A stretch of 64,000 nucleotides of DNA from a virus, in the IMG/VR virus record IMGVR_UViG_3300031715_000002, positions 32,200 to 96,199 of that record; one strand, written 5' to 3'. A program made the position numbers and the translations under genes. Under the pieces are notes generated by a model. The model searched no databases, had not been told where the DNA came from, and worked only from the letters and a program-made list of their open reading frames with translations. This document shows positions 1 to 8,608 of the stretch, in pieces (position 1 is the stretch's first letter; each line of letters begins with the position of its first letter).

Positions 1-87
1 CAGGTAAATGCGCACGGCGGCATGGGTGAGACGGGCATCCGTCGTGACCTCCCACGGGATTCTGGAATATTGGGGCTTAGGCGTCAA
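1..87 (-). CDS. N-terminus of probable helix-turn-helix/replication-type protein (runs off window)
   Basis: TTG at 87 after GAAGG gives MTPKPQYSRIPWEVTTDARLTHAAVRIYL, resembling the start of phage winged-HTH proteins. Confidence 0.4.
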   Translation of the reverse strand, partial: MTPKPQYSRIPWEVTTDARLTHAAVRIYL

Positions 88-151
88 AAGTGTGGCCTTC
101 TACTGGTACACCACTGTGGCCTTGTACCGGTACACGTACATACACAAACTA

Positions 152-343
152 TTACGCAGTACGCGAGAACCGCATGGCAATGCGATGAAGTTCGGCGAGA
201 TATGCGCGGTATGATCGGATTTGCTCACGCTCTTTGGCGTAGCAGTCTCCACAGACACCATGGCGCATCCTGCCGTTGGCATGGTGGCATCGGTCGCAGA
301 CCTTCCGCTCTCCCCGCTTGTCGATTACGCTGAATCCGCTCAT
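152..343 (-). CDS. small Cys-rich hypothetical protein
   Basis: MSGFSVID... with CDRC and CGDC pairs; collinear with neighbours. Confidence 0.4.
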   Translation of the reverse strand: MSGFSVIDKRGERKVCDRCHHANGRMRHGVCGDCYAKEREQIRSYRAYLAELHRIAMRFSRTA

Positions 344-354
344 AGCGTTAATTC

Positions 355-600
355 CTACAGAGACGCCATGCACTCCATTGGGATATCTGCTGCATCTTCT
401 TCTGGACGATAGGCCGGAACTTCGGAGACGCACTCAAAAATGCAGATCCCTCTGCTCTCAAGTTTCAAATTCCGAGCTTTCTTTTCGCACTCCCCCAGGG
501 AATCGAACCATTCGACCATGCAGCCGAACGGATTTATGAACATGTACTTGTTTTTCATCACAGCCCTTAGCGCATCACTCGCTACTCGCGCAGTTTTCAT
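355..600 (-). CDS. hypothetical protein
   Basis: 81-aa ORF directly downstream of terminase, same strand. Confidence 0.5.
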   Translation of the reverse strand: MKTARVASDALRAVMKNKYMFINPFGCMVEWFDSLGECEKKARNLKLESRGICIFECVSEVPAYRPEEDAADIPMECMASL

Positions 601-629
601 TTTACGCTACTGCGCACTAACGTATAGGA

Positions 630-1928
630 CTACCCCCGATTCCTCTGCATCCGGTACGGACTCGTCCAACCCTCTGGTTTTGTTGTATTTGAGGACATTG
701 AGAGGTTTGCCGCCATGAAGGAACCGAACTGCTTGCCAGCAGATAGTACTTCTTTGGCCTTCGCTACACCCTGCCAGCCGATTGCGAGCGCCATCACCAA
801 ATCGTCATGCCCCCCGGCCGGCGCCGAGTACTTCATCAGGCCGCCAGCGCCAGGCTTACCCTCAAACGCCTGCAATTCGCCAATCAGTGCCGGGTCATTC
901 GGAATCTTGATTTCGCAGCGCTCGAAGGCCAGAGCCAAGGATTGAATGATCTCAGACTTGCTGGCGTAGGTCGTGGTGAATGCCTGAACCTTCAAGCCGT
1001 CGTTGGCAAGCTGCTCAATAACCGGCTGGCCCATGGAGTTCGCTTCAGCGATGATGAGCGGTTTGCCGTGACGCAGATACATGGCCTGTAGCCGGCCACG
1101 CTGAAGGCTGTACTCGATGCCCCGGAACCGGTCAAGTTCCAACACCTTGCCATCTTCGCTGATGCACGCAAACACGGTGTAGTCGTTCACTCGGCCCCAG
1201 TCCACACCGATGCACGACGGCACACCTTCGAGCGGTTGCACCGATACTGCATCCATGATCTTGCGGAAAACCGCGCCTTGCCACGTGACGAACTGCGCAA
1301 GCCCCTCCTGAGCAAAAGCCAGATCCGTCATATCCCGCTTCATCGCCTCGATCTCTGATGGCAACGTATGCGGGTTCATGTGGCTCGGCATCTGCCAGGA
1401 GCACCACTCTGGCTTTAGCGGATCTTGCCCGTAGGTGAACAGGATATAGAAATCATTAGCCGTGCCGCGCGGTGTGCTCAGAAACCAAGCATCGCCCTGG
1501 TAATCCATTAGTTGCGAACGCAGGTTGAGTTCCCACGCCGTTTTGAGGTTACTCACTTTGGCCGCCTCATCCACCACAATGCGAGCGTAAGCGCGACCGC
1601 GACCCGAATCGGCATCGTTTAGTGACCAGCCCTCAATCACGCCGCCACCAATAATTTCCATGCGGTGATCTTTATCTGACTTGCCTACAATTACTTCTCT
1701 CAGCGTATGACAAAGTGCGCGCCAAACGTCCTCCAAATCTTTGTACGTCGGCGCGAACCACGCAGCGGGCTTACCCTTCAGTGCCGGATGGATTACCCGA
1801 TCCATTCCCAGTGTCGTCTTGCCGAACCGCCGGCCGCAATCCACTACCGTAAACCGCTTCGATTGCTGGATGATCTCCATTTGTGCCGGGTGCGGTTGCG
1901 GGAGCACCAATTGAATGTTCTTGCTCAT
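630..1928 (-). CDS. terL: terminase large subunit
   Basis: Walker A CGRRFGKT, Walker B IVVDEAA, LSTP motif, RNase H-like GVDWG and HDDLVMALAI. Confidence 0.95.
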   Translation of the reverse strand: MSKNIQLVLPQPHPAQMEIIQQSKRFTVVDCGRRFGKTTLGMDRVIHPALKGKPAAWFAPTYKDLEDVWRALCHTLREVIVGKSDKDHRMEIIGGGVIEGWSLNDADSGRGRAYARIVVDEAAKVSNLKTAWELNLRSQLMDYQGDAWFLSTPRGTANDFYILFTYGQDPLKPEWCSWQMPSHMNPHTLPSEIEAMKRDMTDLAFAQEGLAQFVTWQGAVFRKIMDAVSVQPLEGVPSCIGVDWGRVNDYTVFACISEDGKVLELDRFRGIEYSLQRGRLQAMYLRHGKPLIIAEANSMGQPVIEQLANDGLKVQAFTTTYASKSEIIQSLALAFERCEIKIPNDPALIGELQAFEGKPGAGGLMKYSAPAGGHDDLVMALAIGWQGVAKAKEVLSAGKQFGSFMAANLSMSSNTTKPEGWTSPYRMQRNRG

Positions 1929-2559
1929 GGCCGTTGCCGTTCGTAACGATTACCGTGCTGCGGGTTAGTTTGGTGTCGAGATGCTGGTAGGTGACAGTGA
2001 CGTTGACATCGCCGCCTGCCTTGATGCCTTCATCCCACTGGCCCATCTCGACAGCAATTTGTTTCTCATGCTCACGGAGTTCTCTCAGCAGTCCAGTGTC
2101 TACCGGGTACTCTGGGATCAGTTTCGAGATTTCAACGAACTGCGTCTTGCCATCGACGACACGCTGCTCTGTGACGCGAGCCGATTTGAACTCCACTGCC
2201 ACGAGGCCGGTATCTCCGCCAGGAATCTCAGGCCGGTTGTAGACTTTGGCGCGTGCCTCGATAACCTTGTCCAGGCCCGTGCATCGCTTGTCTAGAGCTT
2301 GGATGCGCTTGTGGCGCAATGCCCGCCCGGAGTTTTCGGTCCTGCGGATGATTTTGGCAAGCTCGGATTGGATGCGGGCCTGGAATTCAGGATAGGTTTT
2401 CCACATCCTGATGGCACGGTCAGTGCAGCCAACCTGTGACCCGATTCCAGCATCGGTGAGCACGTCTTCTGCGAGCATTTGGGCTGCGCGCTCACGCTTT
2501 GGCGTCCACTTCCAAGGCTCCAAAGCCTTTGTTTCTGCGGGGTTTAAGCTACGATCCAT
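1771..2559 (-). CDS. terS: terminase small subunit (N-terminal HTH)
   Basis: Immediately upstream of and overlapping terL; HTH-like TDAGIGSQVGCTDRAIRMWK; helical middle. Confidence 0.7.
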   Translation of the reverse strand: MDRSLNPAETKALEPWKWTPKRERAAQMLAEDVLTDAGIGSQVGCTDRAIRMWKTYPEFQARIQSELAKIIRRTENSGRALRHKRIQALDKRCTGLDKVIEARAKVYNRPEIPGGDTGLVAVEFKSARVTEQRVVDGKTQFVEISKLIPEYPVDTGLLRELREHEKQIAVEMGQWDEGIKAGGDVNVTVTYQHLDTKLTRSTVIVTNGNGHEQEHSIGAPATAPGTNGDHPAIEAVYGSGLRPAVRQDDTGNGSGNPSGTEG

Positions 2560-2571
2560 AGGAAAATAACG

Positions 2572-2595
2572 GCAGGGCTATTGTATTAGCCCTGC
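2572..2595 (-). terminator. putative intrinsic terminator
   Basis: 9-bp stem GCAGGGCTA/TAGCCCTGC followed on the minus strand by CGTTATTTT. Confidence 0.4.
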
Positions 2596-2598
2596 TTA

Positions 2599-3210
2599 TT
2601 ATGCAGCATGTGCTTTATCGCCCAAACTAAACTTGCAACCGCACTCTGGGCAAGTGATCTGATTGGAGCCGCTGCCACTTCCGAGCGAAAGCGGGTCGTC
2701 ACCGCCGAAAGGGATGCCGACGGAAAGTTGGTCCAACAGGTCCGTCAAGCCTGGAGTGAGATTGGCCCCGAGGTCACTCTGGCGGATGTCACCGATGAGG
2801 GAATCGAGCAAGGATTGGTCTGTGCCTGCCATGGCGGCAATCGGGTCCATGGAAGCGAGCGCTAGTTTTTCTTCTGCTTCCGAAAGCTCCACGTAAGTGA
2901 TTGGGACTGTCGGCTGATTGCTGCTGATGGCCATCGCGATTCGCAAATGCCCATCGACCACGTGCTGAGTGGTAATGTTCACTACTACATTCTGGATCAC
3001 GCCGATGGTTTCAAGCGTGCCAGCGAGCGCTTCCTGTTGCGCTTGAGGATGCAAGCGAAAGTTGAAAGGGTTGCTTAAAAGTTGATCTGGCGCTTCCTCG
3101 CCGTAGCCACGGATTCTGTTTTTCCAGACAACTGGGCCGGTTAACGGTTGGCCGTTCTGCGCCTGCTTTTCCTTCGCCAAGTGGCGAGCGCCGCGTTGCT
3201 CACGCATCAA
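2599..3210 (-). CDS. ParB/Srx-like N-terminal domain protein
   Basis: NPFNFRLHP, VVDGHLR, VPITYVEL motifs; C-terminal CPECG; typical position upstream of terS. Confidence 0.8.
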   Translation of the reverse strand: MMREQRGARHLAKEKQAQNGQPLTGPVVWKNRIRGYGEEAPDQLLSNPFNFRLHPQAQQEALAGTLETIGVIQNVVVNITTQHVVDGHLRIAMAISSNQPTVPITYVELSEAEEKLALASMDPIAAMAGTDQSLLDSLIGDIRQSDLGANLTPGLTDLLDQLSVGIPFGGDDPLSLGSGSGSNQITCPECGCKFSLGDKAHAA

Positions 3211-3407
3211 CCGCCCACCTGATCAATACGCGCCGGAAAAATTTTCATTGAGACGACGGCCACTCCATCCTCGTAGGACAGCGAGAGGCTGCCATATAAG
3301 ATTGAAGAGTCAAACGAATCTCCGCTTTCGATGTCGAATGGCTGCAAGACCACGGACGCTCTGCCAAGCACATCTTGCTTCCTGATAATTCTCAGGCCAA
3401 TTTGCAT
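3207..3407 (-). CDS. hypothetical protein
   Basis: 66-aa ORF with 4-nt overlap into the ParB-like gene. Confidence 0.5.
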   Translation of the reverse strand: MQIGLRIIRKQDVLGRASVVLQPFDIESGDSFDSSILYGSLSLSYEDGVAVVSMKIFPARIDQVGG

Positions 3408-3429
3408 ATCGCTTCAGGATACCGCCGTT

Positions 3430-3786
3430 TTACGCCCCCATCCCCATCTGAATTCGGTAGCCCATGTGCTTCAACCAGTCTATCGAAACTGAGAGCACTG
3501 GCATTTCCGACTGGCGGTTGAGTTCGTGATATTCGCGGCGGGTGCGCTGGTAGATCGGGCAATCTGGCGTGACACGCACCGGCATGGCGAAGGCTTCTTT
3601 GGCCTGGATGTACTTGACACGCGACCGCGACCCGCCCACGAGGAACATGCCGGTCAAGATGAACAGCTTGGCGTCCTCGAAAGGAACATCGGCAACGAAC
3701 TTGCGCTCATGGTCCAAGTACATGACGCTCTGTGCTTTAGTGGCGGATACCGCATCCGCAATGTGTTTTTCTTGGAGGAGTGCCAT
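3430..3786 (-). CDS. hypothetical protein
   Basis: ATG 3786 (alternative GTG 3870 runs through a long hairpin); first gene of the terminase operon. Confidence 0.5.
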   Translation of the reverse strand: MALLQEKHIADAVSATKAQSVMYLDHERKFVADVPFEDAKLFILTGMFLVGGSRSRVKYIQAKEAFAMPVRVTPDCPIYQRTRREYHELNRQSEMPVLSVSIDWLKHMGYRIQMGMGA

Positions 3787-4027
3787 CGGAAGGAATTTTG
3801 ACCGGCTGGAAATAGAACCGCCCCGCGGTGTCGGGCTACCGCAGGTGATTCTATCCAGCCACGCGCTCACAGCTTAGCGGACCCGCGCGTCGGCCCGTAG
3901 TGCGGTGATTGCTTAGGACGTTGTGCCCTTTGGCATTTCGTAAGCGATTGTACCTTATAGCGCAATGGTAATGGAAGAAAAATGCCATTGACTCCACAGG
4001 ATTACATGTTATATCCTATGTTGTCTC

Positions 4028-4225
4028 ATGATTCCATCGAAGCCGCACCCAAAGCGCTCCACAGACCCTCAGATGGACGGCTACCTCACACCACAGCAGG
4101 CGGCCAAGGCGATAGGCGTCACGCGGAGGACCATCTACAGAATGATCTCAACTCATAAGCTCAAGGCGCGGCAACCCAGCGGCCCACATGGGGTGTGGCG
4201 GATAAGGCGGGAGGATCTACCGTGA
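4028..4225 (+). CDS. excisionase-like HTH DNA-binding protein
   Basis: YLTPQQAAKAIGVTRRTIYRMI...WRIRREDL (HTH_17/MerR-like); TTGACT at 3988 upstream. Confidence 0.85.
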   Translation: MIPSKPHPKRSTDPQMDGYLTPQQAAKAIGVTRRTIYRMISTHKLKARQPSGPHGVWRIRREDLP

Positions 4226-4467
4226 CCGGTGAACTGCAAGAGATGTACATCGCTCTCGGGATATCTCTGTTGTCTCTTATCGCGAGTTGTATCGTACTTA
4301 GAATCCCACACCGCCTGTTTCACCAGTGGGAAAAGTGGCAGGAGATTCCACCAGACCCAATTGGCATTCAATCCCTGTACTTGATTCAAGAGCGCTGCTG
4401 CAAGACGTGCGGGCTGAATAAAGATGAGGTGATCGACAAGGTTACCGGGAGGTTGGCGTTGCTATGA
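4222..4467 (+). CDS. small membrane protein with Cys motif
   Basis: GGAGG RBS, GTGA overlap, one hydrophobic segment, HQW...CKTCG. Confidence 0.6.
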   Translation: MTGELQEMYIALGISLLSLIASCIVLRIPHRLFHQWEKWQEIPPDPIGIQSLYLIQERCCKTCGLNKDEVIDKVTGRLALL

Positions 4468-4613
4468 CTATGCTCCAGGACGCCATCGCGCGCGTTTACC
4501 GGCAGTTGCAGTATGCACTTGACCGCCGAGAACTGAACGCCAAAGAGCGTCGCCTGTTTGAGATTACGAGGGCCGCTACGGAGCGATACAGCCGAGAGGA
4601 AACGAGGAAATAA
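4464..4613 (+). CDS. small hypothetical protein (49 aa)
   Basis: ATGA overlap and GGAGG RBS; MTMLQDAIARVYRQLQY... Confidence 0.5.
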   Translation: MTMLQDAIARVYRQLQYALDRRELNAKERRLFEITRAATERYSREETRK

Positions 4614-4908
4614 AGTCATGTTCTTTCGCGTCCAAGCCGCGCCACGCCGCGCTGAAGCACCGACTGATACTCAGGGGCCTGCCAGCAATTCGGAAGGCGC
4701 AGAACGCCCACGGCACATCGACGCATGGAATCCGAGCGGCAAGGTGTAGGGATACCCCCAAACGCGGGGAGTACCTAACTCGTACTACCCGCATCTTTTC
4801 CCTTGCAATGATCGCTATCCAAGCGCAGAATGAGAATTGCCAAGCGGTTCCTACACACTCTGGATCAGAGCAAAAGGTGCTGAGAACCGTGAGGCAAATT
4901 TTACTCAT

Positions 4909-6264
4909 ATGACACCAACAGCAGATCGTCCCACCACGCCGGAAGGCAACCTGATCTACCGTATCCCCGAGGGCAACATGGAGGCCCTTAAGGTTCGGGT
5001 TGAGAAACTGAACCGCCGCGCCGCCAAGCTGCACATGGGGCCGCTGGTGCTGTCTGAGATCGGCGAGGCATTCGAGACGCGCGTAAAGCACGCCGATTCG
5101 ACTGGCGACTTCGGCCCGCGCCGCCGCATCGAGTATCAGTTACGCTTTGCCCTCGTGACACTCACTGGAAACTGCCCGCGCGTCAACGGTTGGGCCATGG
5201 CCGCTACCATTCAGCACGAAGATGGCGGAAATATTCTGCGCACCGTGCCGGGATTTGAAACCAGCCTGCCGCTTGAGTATCGTACCGCCGAAACTGGATG
5301 CGATCATTGCCAAACCAAACGCATCCGCAAGGACACCTATGTCCTTCAGTCCGAAACCGGCGAATGGAAGCAGGTCGGGCGCAACTGCCTTGCCGATTTC
5401 TTGCGCACCGAGAACGCAGCGGGATTGGCTGAATACGCCGAACTGCTTGCGGGGCTGGACGGCGAGCTTGGCGCTTACGAGGATGAGGGTTTCGGCGGCT
5501 CTGGCATCCGGGTTTACTGGAACACGCTAACGTTGCTCACCCAGGTTGCTTGCTGCGTACGCGCCGATGGATGGTGCTCTCGGACAGAGGCGCGGAACTC
5601 TTATGTTCCCAAGTGCGCTACGGTAGACGCCGCGCTCAATTGCTTCGACCAGAACTTCTGGGACCGGCTCACGGCCAGCAAGCAAGCTGCGTACACCCCG
5701 ACCGAAGAGGATAAAGCCAAGGCAACCGGCGCTATCGAATGGGCACAATCGCTCTCAGCCGATGTCACCAACGATTACCTCTGGAACATTCGCGTCGTCA
5801 GCCAGCGTGAGCAGATTGGCCCGCGCGAAGCCGGCTTGGCCGGTTCCATCATCGCCGCCTACAACCGCTATCTGGAACAAGAGATGGCCCGCAAGTACGA
5901 ACGCGATAATCCGAGCAACTGGTTCGGCGAAGTCGGCAAGCGCGAAGTATTCACGTTTACCGTGATGGGTTTGCGCGAAATGGAGAACGATTTTGGCCTG
6001 ACTACGCTGGTAACGTTCCGCGATGCCGCCGGCAACCGCGCGAAGTGGTTCTGCTCCGGGGAATGCAGCATGGAGGTCGGCTCCGTGGTTACGGTAAAGG
6101 CGACCGTCAAAGAGCACGACGAATATAAGGGAAGCAAGCAGACGCTGCTGAGCCGTGTGTCTCTGTACGATGCGGCCGCAGAGGCGGCGGCAAAGGCTGA
6201 AAAGAAAGTAGCCGCCAAAGCCGCTCGCAATGCAGCCAAGGCCAACTTGCAGGAGGTGGCTTAA
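4909..6264 (+). CDS. conserved phage protein with Zn-binding motif and C-terminal OB-fold
   Basis: CDHC...VGRNCL; C-terminal TVKATVKEHDEYKGSKQTLLSRV is OB-fold-like; putative TTGCAA-17-CAGAAT promoter at 4803. Confidence 0.7.
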   Translation: MTPTADRPTTPEGNLIYRIPEGNMEALKVRVEKLNRRAAKLHMGPLVLSEIGEAFETRVKHADSTGDFGPRRRIEYQLRFALVTLTGNCPRVNGWAMAATIQHEDGGNILRTVPGFETSLPLEYRTAETGCDHCQTKRIRKDTYVLQSETGEWKQVGRNCLADFLRTENAAGLAEYAELLAGLDGELGAYEDEGFGGSGIRVYWNTLTLLTQVACCVRADGWCSRTEARNSYVPKCATVDAALNCFDQNFWDRLTASKQAAYTPTEEDKAKATGAIEWAQSLSADVTNDYLWNIRVVSQREQIGPREAGLAGSIIAAYNRYLEQEMARKYERDNPSNWFGEVGKREVFTFTVMGLREMENDFGLTTLVTFRDAAGNRAKWFCSGECSMEVGSVVTVKATVKEHDEYKGSKQTLLSRVSLYDAAAEAAAKAEKKVAAKAARNAAKANLQEVA

Positions 6265-6410
6265 TGATCCGCTACACCATCACCACGAATGGCTACGGCA
6301 CCATCGAGCTTGGCGGGATGGCCGATAAGGCCATCGAGTACGAACGGGAGCGCGCCAAGATGACGGCGGGGCAGCGCGCGGCGAGCCTGTGCGCGCAGGA
6401 GAGGGACTGA
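6264..6410 (+). CDS. small hypothetical protein (48 aa)
   Basis: AGGAGG RBS and TAATG coupling. Confidence 0.55.
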   Translation: MIRYTITTNGYGTIELGGMADKAIEYERERAKMTAGQRAASLCAQERD

Positions 6411-6565
6411 TGACTTGGGACGAAGAAACCGAGAACTTTCTGCCGGCCCAATGCGATTGCGGCAACTGCGATGAGTGTTGTGAGCGCGCAGTGCGCGAGA
6501 TGAACCGCGCGGGAGAGGTCGAGGAACAACAACTGGCGGTCGAACTGCCGGAGGAACTTCAATGA
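6410..6565 (+). CDS. small acidic Cys-rich protein (51 aa)
   Basis: TGATG coupling; CDCGNCDECC motif. Confidence 0.55.
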   Translation: MTWDEETENFLPAQCDCGNCDECCERAVREMNRAGEVEEQQLAVELPEELQ

Positions 6566-6696
6566 TCCTCTGCTCTCTCGTTTGCCTCGCTATTGTGGTC
6601 TGCCCAATCGCGCTTGGCGCGGTGCTCTGGTGGGCCGCAGAACGCACGGCACTGGTGGTCGATGAATGGCTGGAGGGACGCCATGAGTTGGATTGA
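6562..6696 (+). CDS. small single-TM protein (44 aa)
   Basis: GGAGG RBS, ATGA overlap, hydrophobic N-terminus. Confidence 0.5.
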   Translation: MILCSLVCLAIVVCPIALGAVLWWAAERTALVVDEWLEGRHELD

Positions 6697-6808
6697 GATC
6701 ACCATAGCGTGGATCTTTGCAGTATGGATGCCGCTGTCGTTTGTGGCCGTGATGGTCTGGGCGGCATGGCAAGGAATCAAGTTTCTCGCGGCGCTGCTGC
6801 GAGGTTGA
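6683..6808 (+). CDS. small single-TM protein (41 aa)
   Basis: GGAGG RBS; MSWIEITIAWIFAVW... Confidence 0.5.
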   Translation: MSWIEITIAWIFAVWMPLSFVAVMVWAAWQGIKFLAALLRG

Positions 6809-6966
6809 GCCGGGATGGCTCCCGTTAGCCCTTTGGGCGAAAGGCCAGTTGCCGGACTTACAACCGGTAGCCAACCGCCATGGTGGCAGTGCGCGAAAGC
6901 TGGCGGTGACTTTTTGCGGAAGAGTTGGGTTTTCAAGACGAAAACTCACCGAAATTTATAGCGAGT

Positions 6967-6996
6967 TTGCAAAGTTTACGGCCCTTGCCCTATAAT
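6967..6996 (+). promoter_or_regulatory. sigma70-type promoter
   Basis: TTGCAA-18 nt-TATAAT. Confidence 0.75.
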
Positions 6997-7000
6997 GGGG

Positions 7001-7450
7001 TTCCCAGTCTCTCCGCGGGGATTGGAAAGGTCGTATAGAGCGATACCACGGGCGGTTGCGCTATCAGCCGCCCAGTCGCTCTCAACCCTATAGCGAGGGT
7101 TTGTGAGAACAATCAAACGAAGGCCATCCCGAAGCATTAACCCAACACACCCTCATACCGCGCTTCGCTCATTTCGAGGTGCGGCGGGTGTCTTGCGCCG
7201 CGTGTGGTGGACCTCCGGCACAAGCGTTTCTCGAAGCCAACCATCGCAACCAGTTGCTTTACTATCTAGCCCGATACCCCAGTCCCCGAGGGGGATGCGC
7301 GCGGATACCTGCGTCTGGCTGACGTAGGTTAAAACTCCGGAGACCTGCGCTTAATGGGCTTGCGCAGGCTGAACCGGTTAGATGGTTTAGCTTTAGAGTT
7401 TACCCGCATAGGGAAGGCTAAGGATTTGAAGAAAACACCTAGCCCAAGGG
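7001..7450 (+). ncRNA. candidate structured RNA (family unknown); contains a weak 74-aa ORF at 7103-7327
   Basis: Follows a near-consensus promoter; series of hairpins with G-U pairs that form on the plus strand; no convincing protein. Confidence 0.45.
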
Positions 7451-7463
7451 CGTTTTGCGTACT

Positions 7464-7735
7464 TTATTTCCCCAACCTGAACATCGCACGCATCCGCATT
7501 GCCCCTTCTGCCTCGGTAATCGGCTTCTCTGCGCATACCCCATGGCTGCAAATCAATCCACGCGGCCCTGTCCCCATCAATCGGCACACCATCGGGCGCA
7601 CTTCGTAAACGGAGCATCTGTGGTCCTTCAACAGACTGCAATCAAGCGTTCCGGACTTATGCGCCATGAACAGGCTTCGGTCGCCTTCCGGCTCATGGCC
7701 GATGAACTCAGAGATGCGCTCCCATTCAACCCGCG
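7464..7735 (-). pseudogene. C-terminal remnant of YkgJ/CxxCxxCC-family protein
   Basis: CSLLKDHRCSVYEVRPMVCRLMG...C-HG; N-terminus replaced by the ISL3 fragment. Confidence 0.65.
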
Positions 7736-8608
7736 TCTTTGCGGCGGCGAAGGATCAGGTGGCGCTCGTGCATCAACTTCCGGCGCTGCTTGACCTCCAT
7801 CGACTCCCTGAGTTCCTTGCGGACGGCATCCAGGCAGTGATTCGCTATCTTGACCACATGGAACTTGTCCACCACGACTTTGGCATTGGGCAGCACCTTC
7901 AGTGCTGCGTCCCTGTAGGGACGCCACATATCCATCGTCACGATATCTACGGCGTTCTTATTCAACCGTTCAGTCATCCACTTGATTACAGTGGGCTTAT
8001 TCCGGTCCACCAAAAGGTCGATAAGCGAATTCATCTCGACGTTCGTGAGCACACACCGGGGCTTGCGGATCAGGAACAACTCGTCAATGCCTAACCAATT
8101 CGGCGTCACCGGACGGTACTCGGCGTCGAGCTTGTCCGTGTGCTCCGTGAAGATGTTGCGGACGGTCTTCTCGTCAACACCAACGTCGGCGGCGACTTCC
8201 GTGAACGTGCGCTCCAAGGAACGCTTCTTGATGTACTCGATCAGGCGGCGAGTCATCGTGCGCTTCTCGTCCATGTCGGGGAGAACCTGCTGGAAGGTCT
8301 TTCCGCAGTCGCCGCACTTGTACCGCACCCGCATGACCTTCAGGCCCACCCGGCTTACCGTGGATGGGCGTATCTCCGAAGTGCTGTTCCTCCACGCCAT
8401 GCCGATTCAGCTTCGGCGGCGTGACTCCACAGCGAACACAACACACGGGAGCCTTGGTGTACTCTGCCGTAATCACCATGTCGTCGTCGTTGTGGTTTGT
8501 TTCCAACACGTTCCAGTCTTTCAATCCAATGATATTGGGCACTCTGTCATAATATCAAACATCGGATTACACTGTGGAGTACTCACGGTACTACTTTCGG
8601 ATTCTGCC
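7735..8608 (-). mobile_element. tnp: truncated, frameshifted ISL3-family element (5' half)
   Basis: CVRCG/CGDCGK zinc finger, HTH, GIDE, MDMWRPY, VVDKFHVV; extra base near 8351; sequence stops at RRRKD. Confidence 0.9.

Noticed and set aside
6849-6871. CTTACAA loop resembling a tRNA-Val anticodon loop
   Set aside because: The loop is 8 nt and there is no D arm, T arm or acceptor stem
6809-6875. Twister-ribozyme-like words on the minus strand (CCGG-TTGTAAGT-CCGG, GGGC-TAA-CGGGA-GC)
   Set aside because: The GA plus T1-partner segment between P2' and P1' is missing, so the fold cannot be completed
6997-7400. Possible tmRNA (begins GGGGTT)
   Set aside because: No matching 3' acceptor or T arm and no tag ORF
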